DNA of 64,000 nt from Candidatus Euphemobacter frigidus (GCA_030765805.1 JAVCDH010000017.1:2467-66466); one strand, 5' to 3'; positions 26,026 to 36,797 are shown, counted from the first letter of the stretch. The notes: a model not told the origin generated them from the sequence alone. A program made the numbers and translations.

Positions 26026-27554
26026 AACCAGAGTTTCCGGTCCAGCACCCGGTACTGGATAGCTTCGGAGAGGTGAGGCGGCCGGATCTCCTCCTCCCCC
26101 GCTAGGTCGGCGATGGTACGGGAGACCTTGAGGATCCGGTCATACGCCCGGGCGGAGAGCCCCATCTCGCTCATCGCCATCTCCAGGAGTTCCTTTCCTG
26201 CCCGGCTCAATCCGCAGAACTTCCTGAGAAGAGACGATTCCATATCGGCGTTGCAGTAAATGCCGCTCCCCCGGAAACGCTCCCGCTGAAGGGCTCGGGC
26301 CTCCCCCACCCTCTGGCGAATCGATTCCGAGTTCTCTCCCGACTCCCCCTTCGAGAGGTCGTGGTAGTCAACCGGCCCCACTTCCACGTGAATGTCAATC
26401 CGGTCCAGGAGTGGACCGGAGATCTTGGCCATATACTTCTGGATCTGTCCTGGGGTGCATCGGCACTCCCGCCGGGGATCGGTGTAATAACCGCAGGGAC
26501 AGGGATTCATCGCCGCTACCAGCATAAAACGGGAAGGAAAGGTGAGCGAACCGGCCGCCCGCGAGATCGTCACCTCCCCGTTCTCCAGGGGTTGACGGAG
26601 CACCTCCAGGACATTCCGGTGGAACTCGGGGAGCTCATCCAGGAAGAGAACGCCGTTGTGGGCGAGACTAACCTCTCCCGGCCTGATCTTCGACCCCCCG
26701 CCGATCAACGCGATATCCGAGATCGTATGATGTGGGCTTCGCACCGGGCGGGTGGCGATTAGCGCCTCCCCCTTCTGGAGCAGCCCCACGCTGCTGTGGA
26801 TCCGGGTGGTCTCCAGCGCCTCTTCCAGACCCATCACCGGCAGGATCGTGGGGATCCGTTTGGCCAGCATCGACTTCCCGGCCCCGGGGGGGCCGATCAT
26901 GATCAGGTTGTGGGCGCCCGCGACCGCCACTTCGATCGAGCGCTTGACGTCCTGCTGCCCCTTCACGTCGGCAAAGTCCAGACTGTACCGGCCGGAGTCC
27001 TGAAAGACCTGATCAAGATCTACCCGGACCGGGGGGATATCCTCCTCGCCGGCGAGGTATTTCACCGCTTCGGACAGGTTCCTCACCGGCCGGGCTTCCA
27101 GGCCCCGCGCGATGGCCGCCTCCCGAACGTTCCCCACCGGGACCAGCAGCGACTTGACCCCCATCTTCCTCGCCCACATAGCGATTGAGAGCACACCCTT
27201 GACGGTGCGAACCTGGCCGTTGAGAGACAGCTCCCCCAGGATAACATGAGAAGCAAGTCCCCGGGACGGCATCTGGCCCGAGGCAACCAGGACCCCCAGT
27301 GCGATCGGGAGGTCGAAGCTCGGCCCCTCTTTCTTAATGTCCGCGGGCGCCAGGTTGACCGTGATCTTGTCGTCGGGGTACTCGAACCCCGAGTTGTTGA
27401 GCGCGGTGCGGACCCGGTCCCGGCTCTCTTTTACCGCCGCGTCCGGGAGGCCCACCACCACCACAGCCGGCAAACCCGGGCTCACATCCACCTCGATCTC
27501 GATCGGGTAGGCGTCTACACCCAGAAGCCCCGCGGATAAAACTTTGGCCAGCAT
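26022..27554 (-). CDS. comM: YifB/ComM family Mg-chelatase-like AAA+ ATPase
   Basis: Motifs VGLPDAAVKESR, GPPGAGKSM, LFLDELPEF and CPCG. Confidence 0.93.
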   Translation of the reverse strand: MLAKVLSAGLLGVDAYPIEIEVDVSPGLPAVVVVGLPDAAVKESRDRVRTALNNSGFEYPDDKITVNLAPADIKKEGPSFDLPIALGVLVASGQMPSRGLASHVILGELSLNGQVRTVKGVLSIAMWARKMGVKSLLVPVGNVREAAIARGLEARPVRNLSEAVKYLAGEEDIPPVRVDLDQVFQDSGRYSLDFADVKGQQDVKRSIEVAVAGAHNLIMIGPPGAGKSMLAKRIPTILPVMGLEEALETTRIHSSVGLLQKGEALIATRPVRSPHHTISDIALIGGGSKIRPGEVSLAHNGVLFLDELPEFHRNVLEVLRQPLENGEVTISRAAGSLTFPSRFMLVAAMNPCPCGYYTDPRRECRCTPGQIQKYMAKISGPLLDRIDIHVEVGPVDYHDLSKGESGENSESIRQRVGEARALQRERFRGSGIYCNADMESSLLRKFCGLSRAGKELLEMAMSEMGLSARAYDRILKVSRTIADLAGEEEIRPPHLSEAIQYRVLDRKLWL

Positions 27555-27849
27555 TTTAAAATTTTCCTTCGGAATATTATAGTGGCTCAGACTGCGTCGA
27601 AGCTATAATTTTTGCTGCCTAAGAATTAAACTGAAGCAAAAATTGCACATATGCACGGACTGTTCCCTTTTCTTGTCTTATCTCATGTTTCTTTGCGTCA
27701 ATTATTTTTAGTCGAGTTGAGATTGATTGTACACCTCCGGTCCCTTTTTAAAATATATAAAAATTTTTAAAGAGGAAATAGATAGATTCCCACCTTGCGG
27801 AAGGACGGAAAAAGAGTTATATTATTAATAATAAAGGTAAATTATAAGA

Positions 27850-28467
27850 GTGAAGATGAAATTAACAGAGATGGTTTTGAGCATAGGATTAGCGCTATTC
27901 TTTTCAAATCCGGGATATACCATGCAGCCACCTCCCGCGCCTCTGGATTCTCCGGGGTTTCAAGCGCTTACCGGGAAAGCGGATATAATTGTTGTCGGGA
28001 AGGTAGTCCAGGTGACAGAGACCGAAGAAGCAGCTAAAACAGGGAGAGAGATAACAGTAGAAGTTACTTTAAAGATTGGAGATCTATTAAAAGGTGACGT
28101 CTCAGGTGAAAATATTCATATTCAAGAATCCTATCCCGGTTTCGATTCAATAGTCAAAGATTTAACTTCCTCGAAGAATAAAATCTCACGAGGGCAGATT
28201 GTTTCCACCAGCGCCGGGCCGCGTCCTTATCACGGCAAATATAAAGAAGGAGACCGAATTATCGTCCTCCTCAAAGTAATCGAGGGAAAGGATAAATATC
28301 GACCATTAGGATCCGGAACTTATGATGAATACTTCTGTGAGTTTCTCATCCAGGCAGGGGGCATTAAGACATTATATTTCAAGTTCGCCGACGATATTGA
28401 AAAATACACTCGTTCTGAAGATGAATTCATCGGCTTGATTAAGAAACTATCGGAGAAAAACTTATAA
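27850..28467 (+). CDS. Exported hypothetical protein, possibly with a TIMP/NTR-like OB fold
   Basis: Signal peptide and ADIIVVGKV motif; AGAGGA SD-like sequence upstream; 14 nt before the peptidase gene. Confidence 0.7.
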   Translation: MKMKLTEMVLSIGLALFFSNPGYTMQPPPAPLDSPGFQALTGKADIIVVGKVVQVTETEEAAKTGREITVEVTLKIGDLLKGDVSGENIHIQESYPGFDSIVKDLTSSKNKISRGQIVSTSAGPRPYHGKYKEGDRIIVLLKVIEGKDKYRPLGSGTYDEYFCEFLIQAGGIKTLYFKFADDIEKYTRSEDEFIGLIKKLSEKNL

Positions 28468-28481
28468 CAAAGGAGAGAAAA

Positions 28482-30281
28482 ATGACACTATTATCAAAGA
28501 AGAAAATCAGTATGATCGCCGGCTTCTTAATCGGGGCTATCTTCATGGCTCAGGCAATAGCTGACGATACTGTCTATAATAGAAGGGCGAGAAACCCATA
28601 TCTGGTAAGAACATTCTGGGAGGATGGGAAACAGATCGATGAGATTATTGTACCGGGACGTCCTCCCAAGGATTTCCGAGCGGCAAAAGCCCAGATCCCC
28701 GAGCCTGATCTCGCTTTAGGAATCAATACCCTCTCCAATGTTCCCGCCTTCGACTGGTGTTACGGATGTTCGGCCACCTCCGCCGCCATGTTGGCGGGTT
28801 ATTATGACCGTACCGGATATTCTAACATGTACGCCGGCCCGGCGGATGGCGGTGTCTGTCCTATGAACAACGTTATCTGGGGTTCGGGTGAGTGTCCTTT
28901 AAGCGCGACCCACCAGGGATACGATGGATTGAGTGCCAGGGGACATGTGGAGGACTACTGGTACGATTATGGAAGTACCATAGATCCCTACCTTGGCAAT
29001 TGGACGGAGCACGCTTACGCTGACTGCACTGCTGATTTCATGGGAACTAACCAGTACCAAAACTGGCAAAACGTAGACGGCTCGACTACGTTCTTCAATT
29101 ATCCTAGCGGCAATCCCTTCTATGATTATTCCGGGTGTGAACCTGGCAGACGAGATGGTTGTCACGGTGCGCGTCTCTTTGTCGAGTCGCGGGGTTATAC
29201 CGTACCCTATCATGGTAATTTTAATCAGTATATCAAGGGCCAGGGCTCAGATTCTAACCTGGGGTTTACTTTCTTTAATTTTCAGTCGGAGATCGATGCC
29301 GGCCGTCCCGTCCTCATCCAGGTTGAGGGTCACACCATGCTGGGTTTCGGGTACGATACCTCCGGGTCGCTTATCTACATACATGACACCTGGGATCACA
29401 GCGATCACTCGATGACCTGGGGTGGAACTTACCCCTACTGGACCGGTAGCGTATGGGTATATCTGCAGCACTACGGAGTAACGGTTCTTCGACTTGATGC
29501 CATCGGGCCGACCCCTACACCGGTCCCTCCGACACCGGCGGCTCCTCTCTGGATCTACGACTATAATGGCGACGGAACATCCGACATCGCCATCTTTCGG
29601 GAGACCTCGGGCCTCTGGTCGGTAAGAGGAATAACGCGAGTCTACTTCGGCTCTTTCTCAGATCTACCGGTCCCCGGTGATTACAGCGGCAACGGAGCCA
29701 CGGATATCGGCATCTTCCGGGGGAGTTCCGGCCTGTGGGGAGTCAGAGGGGTGACCAGGATTTACTTCGGCTCTTCTCCCGACATCCCCGTACCGGGTGA
29801 TTATAATGGTGACGGGCTGTGCGACGCTGGGATCTTCCGGAATACCAGCGGTCTCTGGGCTTTCCGGGGAGTAACCCGCGTTTATTTCGGGGGCTCCGGG
29901 GATACCCCTGTTCCCGGATACTACGACGGGGACGGGACGAAGGATATCGCCCTCTTCCGGGGGAGTTCCGGTCTCTGGGCGATTAAGGGACTCAGCCGGA
30001 TATACTTCGGCGGCTCAACCGATGAGGCCGTTCCCGGAGACTACGATGGAAGTGGGACCTGGACTCCGGGAATCTTTCGTTCCTCTTCCGGACTCTGGGC
30101 GATCCGGGGAGTGACAAGAGCATACTTTGGGAGTTCTTTTGATCAACCGTTACCAGCCGATTACACCGGAAACTCCCGGGATGACATCGGCATCTTCCGT
30201 GATAGCTCAGGGCTGTGGGCGGTAAAAGGGACTACCAGGGTTTATTACGGGAGTTCGGGGGATATCCCGGTGACAAGGTAA
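28482..30281 (+). CDS. Secreted papain-fold (C39/C10-like) cysteine peptidase with a P/T linker and six C-terminal SGLW repeats
   Basis: Motifs YGCSATSAAM (Cys) and GHTMLGFGYD (His); GGAG SD. Confidence 0.8.
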   Translation: MTLLSKKKISMIAGFLIGAIFMAQAIADDTVYNRRARNPYLVRTFWEDGKQIDEIIVPGRPPKDFRAAKAQIPEPDLALGINTLSNVPAFDWCYGCSATSAAMLAGYYDRTGYSNMYAGPADGGVCPMNNVIWGSGECPLSATHQGYDGLSARGHVEDYWYDYGSTIDPYLGNWTEHAYADCTADFMGTNQYQNWQNVDGSTTFFNYPSGNPFYDYSGCEPGRRDGCHGARLFVESRGYTVPYHGNFNQYIKGQGSDSNLGFTFFNFQSEIDAGRPVLIQVEGHTMLGFGYDTSGSLIYIHDTWDHSDHSMTWGGTYPYWTGSVWVYLQHYGVTVLRLDAIGPTPTPVPPTPAAPLWIYDYNGDGTSDIAIFRETSGLWSVRGITRVYFGSFSDLPVPGDYSGNGATDIGIFRGSSGLWGVRGVTRIYFGSSPDIPVPGDYNGDGLCDAGIFRNTSGLWAFRGVTRVYFGGSGDTPVPGYYDGDGTKDIALFRGSSGLWAIKGLSRIYFGGSTDEAVPGDYDGSGTWTPGIFRSSSGLWAIRGVTRAYFGSSFDQPLPADYTGNSRDDIGIFRDSSGLWAVKGTTRVYYGSSGDIPVTR

Positions 30282-31593
30282 AAATGGGCTTGCCATCGAA
30301 ATCATCCGGTATCGGTAGATCCAGAATATCGAGGATAGTGGCGGGGAGATCGTAGACCACGGGACGTTTGGTGATCGGGGAATCGCCTGGAAGATACAAC
30401 ATGGCGTCATAATATGTGTGCATGCCGCTGAGCGGACCGGTCTCGAAGATAGAGTCTTTCTTCAATCCGGCTTTTAAGTCGTAGCCATCATTAGGATCGA
30501 CGATTATGTCCGGGGCCGAGTCGAGATATGGACCGGACAACACTTCTTCTTTCTTAAAGATTTGTTTGCAGACGGATCTCCCATCTTCCAGTAAATTTTT
30601 AAGATCATTCATGATCTTTTCCCGCACCCGTTCATAATCCTGATCTTTCACCCCTCCATTCTTCCAATAATTTTCTTTGAGGATATAGATTCTTCCGGGG
30701 ACAAGTGAAAACGCTCTTGATTCGGGGGAGATGGCTTCGAAATCAAGGTCATGGGCCGGGGGGCGGGAGAAGACCAGATAACCCCGGTCCTGGAGCCACC
30801 GGTTCAACTGGACCTCTTTTCGAATCCGGCAGAATCCATGATCCGACATTATAATCAACTCTATCTCTTCGGTTAATTTTTGAGCTACCTGTCCGATAAA
30901 GTCATCGATCCGGCGGAGGAAATTCATATAGTAATCATGGTTTAAACCGTCGGATTCTTCCGGATCCAGAAATTTAAACATGAAGTGTCCCATCCGGTCG
31001 GTATCCATGAAGTGGACGGTGAAGAGATCCCATTCTTCGGAATCCCAGAGATCGAATAATGTCTTTACCCGCCCCTCAAAGACTTTCCGGTTCTCCGCCT
31101 TGAAAAAATCCAGGGACTCACGGGCTTTCATCGGGTTGATATCTATCATGTAGCCGGTCCGCTCAAGATCGGGCAGGATCGACTGAGGATAGACCGCTTT
31201 TTCCAGCGAAGGACTGAGAAAACCGCCCACCGTGATTCCATCTACTGGCCGGGGAGGATAAGTTCCCGGAACGCCCAGCGATATAACCCGCTTCCCCTGC
31301 TCGGAGATAATTTCCTGGATGGTCTTCGATCGGCAGTTGGTTGAGTTCGGGATATAGAGTTCAAGATCACGGGTCAGTTCAGCGAAACCATAGACCCCGA
31401 ATTTTCCGGGATTCTTACCGGTTTGGTAGCAGGTCCAGGCAACATTTGAGACCGTGGGATAGATGGAATCCATCTGGACGAAGGAGCCAGCTTCCAAACG
31501 AGATTTGAAGTTGGGCATAACTCCCGCCTCCATCAAACGGACGGCCAGAGTATAGGGAAAGCCATCCAAGCCGATTACCAGTACTTTTTTCAT
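30232..31593 (-). CDS. Alkaline phosphatase superfamily protein (type I phosphodiesterase/nucleotide pyrophosphatase)
   Basis: Motifs VIGLDG, PTVSNVAW...TGKNPG, TDRMGH, SDHGF and GMH. Confidence 0.88.
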   Translation of the reverse strand: MKKVLVIGLDGFPYTLAVRLMEAGVMPNFKSRLEAGSFVQMDSIYPTVSNVAWTCYQTGKNPGKFGVYGFAELTRDLELYIPNSTNCRSKTIQEIISEQGKRVISLGVPGTYPPRPVDGITVGGFLSPSLEKAVYPQSILPDLERTGYMIDINPMKARESLDFFKAENRKVFEGRVKTLFDLWDSEEWDLFTVHFMDTDRMGHFMFKFLDPEESDGLNHDYYMNFLRRIDDFIGQVAQKLTEEIELIIMSDHGFCRIRKEVQLNRWLQDRGYLVFSRPPAHDLDFEAISPESRAFSLVPGRIYILKENYWKNGGVKDQDYERVREKIMNDLKNLLEDGRSVCKQIFKKEEVLSGPYLDSAPDIIVDPNDGYDLKAGLKKDSIFETGPLSGMHTYYDAMLYLPGDSPITKRPVVYDLPATILDILDLPIPDDFDGKPIFTLSPGYPPNSRNKPW

Positions 31594-31598
31594 ATTGA

Positions 31599-32840
31599 CT
31601 ATTGACCGATTATCGCGTGGGCGATGATTCCGCCGGCGACGACATCGTTATTCCGGACGATGACGAAACGTCCAAGTTCCCTGGTCTTATAAAACGATTC
31701 CACAACCACGGGGTTTTCCGTAGAGATGATCACTTCACCAACCTCGGTATCCTCGAGCTTGGAAGCGTCTTCTTCCAGAACTTCCAGAGTGGAGGAGTCG
31801 ATCCGTTCCTCAATCTTCTCTATTTTAGCTGGGGCTTCTTCCGTGGCGCATCGGAATAACAGCTTCTCATTTATGTCAAGTGGTTGAGGAGACATCCAGA
31901 AGATACTGGCTTTGAATCGATTACTGACCGGCGGGGTATCTGCCGGCCGAGACGCCACCTCGCCGCGCTTGATATCTTCGTCGGGTTCGATCGTCAGGCC
32001 GATTGATTCCCCCGCTTCCGCCGTCCGCCTTCCATCATCTAAAAATACCTCGATGGTCTTAATCCGGGCGCCCTGTTGGGAGGGCAGAAATACGATCTCG
32101 TCTCCGAGACGCACCTTCCCGGCCTCGACTCTGCCCACCAGGATCTTCTTCTCCCCGACTTCATAAGCATCCTGAACTGGAAACCGGAACGGCTTCTCAA
32201 CCGAAGACGGCAGGTTTTTGAATGAGTCAAGGGCCTGAAGGAATGTAACCCCGTCATACCAGGGCATTTTCCCGGACTTATTTGATACGTTGTCCCCTTT
32301 CTTGGCGGAGATGGGAATTACAAAGGTTGGATGGATGTCGATCTTCTTTAAAAAAACTTCCAGTTTCGCCGTCAGGTCCATAAATCTTTCTTCAGAAAAA
32401 TTTATAAGATCCATCTTGTTTGCCACCACGATCACCTGATCCAATCCCAGCAGGCTGATAATAACGGCATGCCGTTGAGTCTGCTCCTGAATTCCTTCAT
32501 CCGCGTCCACGATCAGGACGGCGGCTTCCGCCTGGGAGGCGCCGGTGATCATGTTCTTCAGGAACTCCTTATGCCCCGGGGCGTCGATAATCACGTATTC
32601 CCGACGCTTTGTCCGGAAGAAGGTCTGGGCGGTATCGATAGTAATGTTCCGGCTCCTTTCTTCTTCCAGGTGGTCCATCACGTAGGCGAACTCCACGTCC
32701 TTCCCCTGTTCTCGCGAGGCTAGCTTGATCTCTTCCAGCTTATCCGGGGGGAGCGACCCGGTATCGTAGAGGAGACGCCCGATTAAAGTCGATTTCCCGT
32801 GATCCACATGCCCGACCATCACAAATGCCAGTTTATCCAT
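31599..32840 (-). CDS. cysN: Sulfate adenylyltransferase subunit 1 (no CysC domain)
   Basis: Motifs [13 protein letters not shown] and DAPGH; follows cysD. Confidence 0.88.
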   Translation of the reverse strand: MDKLAFVMVGHVDHGKSTLIGRLLYDTGSLPPDKLEEIKLASREQGKDVEFAYVMDHLEEERSRNITIDTAQTFFRTKRREYVIIDAPGHKEFLKNMITGASQAEAAVLIVDADEGIQEQTQRHAVIISLLGLDQVIVVANKMDLINFSEERFMDLTAKLEVFLKKIDIHPTFVIPISAKKGDNVSNKSGKMPWYDGVTFLQALDSFKNLPSSVEKPFRFPVQDAYEVGEKKILVGRVEAGKVRLGDEIVFLPSQQGARIKTIEVFLDDGRRTAEAGESIGLTIEPDEDIKRGEVASRPADTPPVSNRFKASIFWMSPQPLDINEKLLFRCATEEAPAKIEKIEERIDSSTLEVLEEDASKLEDTEVGEVIISTENPVVVESFYKTRELGRFVIVRNNDVVAGGIIAHAIIGQ

Positions 32841-32854
32841 ATTATCTCTCCTAA

Positions 32855-33658
32855 TTACATATATCCCAGAGCGCGGAGTTTCTGCATGGTGGTGACGGAT
32901 TCCTTATCCTGAGCGCGCCCGGCCCGTTCCGAGGTTGTTGTGGTCTTCAGCTCCTCGATTACTTTGTCAATAGTATCCGCCGTGGAGGGAACGGGGGCGC
33001 AACAGGGAGCGCAACCGATACTACGGTATCTCTTCCCGTCCTGGGCAAAGTAAAGCTCGGTAATGGGGATATTCTCCCGCTTGATGTAAGTCCAGATATC
33101 CAGCTCGGTCCAGTGGAGCAAGGGGTGAACCCGGATGTGTTCTTCATCTTCCGCCCGCGACTTGTACTGATCCCAGAGTTCGGGGGGCTGGTTCTCATAG
33201 TCCCACTTAAAGCTCTGATCCCGGGGAGAGAAATATCTCTCCTTGGCCCGGATCCCGTGCTCATCTCTTCTGATTCCCAGAAGGAGCGCCTTGAAGTGCC
33301 ATCTGTCGATCGCCTGTTTCAGGGCGTCTGTCTTCAATGCGTTGCAGCAGGCCAGCTTCTCGCCCTGGTCCGGGCCCATCCCGGCCGCCAGCGCTTCTTC
33401 ATTACGCGCGATCAATAACTTCAACCCCCATTTCTTCGCGTACTTATCGCGGAATCGGTACATCTGCGGAAACTTGTAGCTGGTATCGATATGCATAGCC
33501 GGGAAAGGGAGAGTACCGAAGAACGCTTTTCGGCAAAGCCACATCAGGGTGGTGGAGTCCTTTCCGATCGACCAGAGAACGGCGATATCCTTGAATTGGT
33601 AGTAGGCCTCCCTGATGATGTAAATGCTTTTGCTCTCCAGTTCGGATAGTTTATCCAT
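32855..33658 (-). CDS. cysD: Sulfate adenylyltransferase subunit 2
   Basis: Motifs [25 protein letters not shown] and RAQDKE. Confidence 0.93.
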   Translation of the reverse strand: MDKLSELESKSIYIIREAYYQFKDIAVLWSIGKDSTTLMWLCRKAFFGTLPFPAMHIDTSYKFPQMYRFRDKYAKKWGLKLLIARNEEALAAGMGPDQGEKLACCNALKTDALKQAIDRWHFKALLLGIRRDEHGIRAKERYFSPRDQSFKWDYENQPPELWDQYKSRAEDEEHIRVHPLLHWTELDIWTYIKRENIPITELYFAQDGKRYRSIGCAPCCAPVPSTADTIDKVIEELKTTTTSERAGRAQDKESVTTMQKLRALGYM

Positions 33659-34740
33659 CAGATTTCTCCATTAATCACGCTTTGAATGACATTTTTATTT
33701 TCCCCCACCCAATCATAAAGCCTCTCTATCCCCTCCCGGTATCCCGTCCGAGGTTTCCAACCTAGTTCTTTCTCAGCTTTGGTGATATCGCTGACATAGG
33801 TCGGTTGATCGCCGGGGCGCCACCCGGCAAAGGCGGGGGTTATCTTCCGGCCGGTTAAATCCGAGAGCAGATCCAGGAATTCGAGGAGTGAGATCCGGTT
33901 TTCCAGACCACCCCCGATATTATAGATCCGCCCTTTCGCGGTCTCTATATTCTCGATCGTTTGATCAAAGCAGTTCAACAGGTCATCGATATAAAGAATA
34001 TCGCGAACCTGTTTTCCATTGCCGTAAATAGTCAACGGCTTTCCCAGCAGAAGAGCGATAATGAACCAGGCAACCCAGCCCTGGTCTTCAATCCCGAACT
34101 GGCGCGGGCCGTAGATGCAAGATTGACGTAAGACCACTGTTCTAAGCCCATACATCCTAAAATAATCTCTCACATACTGGTCAGCCGATCCTTTTGAACA
34201 ACCATAGGGAGAGTGAAAATCAAGCGCTTCCTCCTCGCTTACTCCATCAGGAGCATCTTTAAAGCTGTATCTCTTCTCCCCCTCGATCAGATCAAGATTT
34301 TCCAGGTTTCCATATACCTTATTGGTGGAGGCAAATATGAAGATCGGGTCTTGCCCTGATCTCCTTATCGCCTCCAGGAGATTAAAGGTGCCGAGCACGT
34401 TTATCTCCAGATCATCTCGAGGGTTTTCGACCGAAGTAGTTACCGCTACTTGAGCGGCCAGATGCAGAATTACATCATAATTTTTTCCGGGGCGTTCCGA
34501 TTCTCGACCATCATCAGTCGAATTGCGGGGATCAGAAAAAATTTCATTTAAAGATGAATAATCTCTTATATCCGCGTCAATGAACTTAAATTTTCCAATG
34601 GATCCGAGCCATTGAAGATTTATCCCGGTTCCGGGACGGGAGAGATTATCCAGAACGGTTACCTCATCACCTCTCTGAATAAATCTTGCCGCCGCGTTGC
34701 AGCCGATGAATCCGGCGCCGCCTGTAATCAGGATTTTCAT
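33658..34740 (-). CDS. NAD-dependent nucleotide-sugar epimerase (CDP-tyvelose epimerase-like)
   Basis: Motifs GGAGFIG, STNKVYG, YGCSK, RQSCIYG and EDQGW. Confidence 0.88.
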   Translation of the reverse strand: MKILITGGAGFIGCNAAARFIQRGDEVTVLDNLSRPGTGINLQWLGSIGKFKFIDADIRDYSSLNEIFSDPRNSTDDGRESERPGKNYDVILHLAAQVAVTTSVENPRDDLEINVLGTFNLLEAIRRSGQDPIFIFASTNKVYGNLENLDLIEGEKRYSFKDAPDGVSEEEALDFHSPYGCSKGSADQYVRDYFRMYGLRTVVLRQSCIYGPRQFGIEDQGWVAWFIIALLLGKPLTIYGNGKQVRDILYIDDLLNCFDQTIENIETAKGRIYNIGGGLENRISLLEFLDLLSDLTGRKITPAFAGWRPGDQPTYVSDITKAEKELGWKPRTGYREGIERLYDWVGENKNVIQSVINGEI

Positions 34741-34787
34741 GATGATATCTATTATAGATTAATACCTAAATTGAGCGATTCAAAATT

Positions 34788-35708
34788 TTACCCGGAGTCC
34801 CCGGTCAGGCGGGAAAGATAGTCCAGGCTGTTCTTTATTTCGTCCGCCGTGGCATTGGCGTGTAATTCAAAAACTTTTAACAGATCATCTCTCAGGTATT
34901 CGGTAAACCGGGTGAAATCAAGCTCTCCCTGAAGCGGAGCTTTATGGTCCCGGGTAATGGTGACATCATGGATGTGTACCCCGATGAGGTTCGGGCCATA
35001 TCTCTTTAAATACTCTTCATGGTGCTCCCAGCCGATATTCTCCTTAACCGCCGCATGGCCCAGATCGTGCCAGTAACCGACCGCCGGGGAATCGGCCCAC
35101 TCGAGAAACCAGCCGATCTCTTCCAGGGAAGGTATCTCCTCGGGGTAGTAGCGGTTCTCTATCCCCAACCGGACTCCCAGTTCCTCAGCTTTCCGGGCCA
35201 ACTCCCGGAGGCTTCGGGCGGCCTGTTCCAGGTAAAGCCCTTTTTTAGCCTCCCTCCTTCTCCACAGCTTCATCTTGAGCCGGTGATATCTCCCGGTCCC
35301 CGTTTCCCCGTTCTCCGCCATAACCATCAGCTTCGGACTGATCGGGTGGATGGGGACCTTCCCCAGATGCAGAACAACGGCTGAAGCCCCCACTTCTTGA
35401 GCGGCGGAGATCGTACCCATGGTCTGCCGCACCGCCCATCTTCTCTCTTCCTCGTCCGGATTCGACAATGGGAGAACAGCATGAGAGAGAGTCTTGCCTT
35501 TCCGGAGGACAGGGGCGGGACAATAATTATGGAGGCTCGTAACTTTGATCCGCCCCTCTCTCACCATCTCCCCTATATCCCTCACCATCTCCGCCGGCAA
35601 GCCGAAACTCAACTCCAGATGATGGAAGCCAAGACCTTCCAGTTCTTCGACCAGGGAGGAGGCTTTTCGATGACGCCAGGCATTCCAGACTGTCGAGATT
35701 GAGAACAT
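34788..35708 (-). CDS. Sugar phosphate isomerase/epimerase family TIM-barrel protein
   Basis: Motifs SLHN, LGIENR, WHDLGH, HIHD and DHKAP. Confidence 0.85.
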   Translation of the reverse strand: MFSISTVWNAWRHRKASSLVEELEGLGFHHLELSFGLPAEMVRDIGEMVREGRIKVTSLHNYCPAPVLRKGKTLSHAVLPLSNPDEEERRWAVRQTMGTISAAQEVGASAVVLHLGKVPIHPISPKLMVMAENGETGTGRYHRLKMKLWRRREAKKGLYLEQAARSLRELARKAEELGVRLGIENRYYPEEIPSLEEIGWFLEWADSPAVGYWHDLGHAAVKENIGWEHHEEYLKRYGPNLIGVHIHDVTITRDHKAPLQGELDFTRFTEYLRDDLLKVFELHANATADEIKNSLDYLSRLTGDSG

Positions 35709-35862
35709 AAATCGTATACAACGAACCCGCCTTACCCGGGAAGATTATTCATTCTCACGGATAATGCGGGTCATTGGTCAGGAGCCCATCCGAGTAACGG
35801 GCTCTCAGATAATTTACTCATGAAGAACGATTATGTTTCCCTTATTTTGATCAAGGGGGGAC

Positions 35863-36033
35863 TCAGAAACTTGGTCTGGTCCTCTTCTTTATTCTCCGTT
35901 TTCTATCGCTGGGTTTCTCGTAGTGGCGATGTTTTTTAAGCTGTTTGATAATTCCCTCTTTATCCATCTTTTTCTTAAGTCTCCGCAGGGCCCGGTCGAC
36001 CGGCTCGTTTGATTTTAATACGACTTTTGGCAC
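35863..36033 (-). CDS. rpsU: 30S ribosomal protein S21 (56 aa, GTG start, absent from the ORF track)
   Basis: [56 protein letters not shown]; AAGGGGG SD. Confidence 0.93.
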   Translation of the reverse strand: MPKVVLKSNEPVDRALRRLKKKMDKEGIIKQLKKHRHYEKPSDRKRRIKKRTRPSF

Positions 36034-36137
36034 GTATATACACCCCCTTTAAATTTTTCTGAGAAAGTTACCAGCATGGCTCATATTCACGAAACCTTTA
36101 TCCCGGATTATTTCAAAACTGTCAATGATAATACTGC

Positions 36138-36162
36138 CTATTCCCCATTCCCCATTCCCCAT
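36138..36162. repeat. (ATTCCCC)x3 heptamer array directly after the ribE stop
   Basis: Read directly; same family as 3130-3164. Confidence 0.75.
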
Positions 36163-36795
36163 CTATATAATTCCCGTTTCTTCTAGAAACGTTTTATCCA
36201 GAGGGCGGGCGGGGGCGTTCGTCTTCTCCAGGTAACGCACCACGTACTTCCCCAGCAGATCTGTCTCCACGTTCAGGCGGGAGCCCTCCGGTTTCTCTCC
36301 CAGGTTGGTGTGGGATAAAGTATAAGGGATAATATGGACCGATATTACGTTCTCCGATATCTCCGCGATCGTCAAGCTTACTCCTTCCAGAGCGATGGAA
36401 CCTTTCTCAACCACGTATGCTTTCAGCTCCGCGGGAAGCGCGATCTTCATGATCCAATCGTGCCCGTTTTTTCGCCGGGAGATTAACTCTCCTCGCCCAT
36501 CAATGTGGCCGGTGACGAAATGACCTCCCAGTTCCTCATCCAATTTCAGAGCCGGCTCCAGGTTTACCGCGTCGCCCGGCTTCAATTCGCCCAGATTGGT
36601 CCGGCGGAGTGTCTCTTCCAGGATATCCATGGTCAAACGCGGCGGGGAGACCTCAACGATGGTCAGACAGACTCCGCTTACCGCCAGACTCTCGCCGGGA
36701 CGGCGGGCCGAAGCCGACTTTCCGACGTTAATCACCAGCTTGCCGTCTCTCAGACTGATAAGTTCTCCCAGATCCTGTATTATTCCGGTGAACAT
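36163..36795 (-). CDS. ribE: Riboflavin synthase (alpha type)
   Basis: Motifs MFTGII, GVCLT, GGHFVTGHID and NVETDLLGKY. Confidence 0.96.
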   Translation of the reverse strand: MFTGIIQDLGELISLRDGKLVINVGKSASARRPGESLAVSGVCLTIVEVSPPRLTMDILEETLRRTNLGELKPGDAVNLEPALKLDEELGGHFVTGHIDGRGELISRRKNGHDWIMKIALPAELKAYVVEKGSIALEGVSLTIAEISENVISVHIIPYTLSHTNLGEKPEGSRLNVETDLLGKYVVRYLEKTNAPARPLDKTFLEETGII

Positions 36796-36797
36796 CT

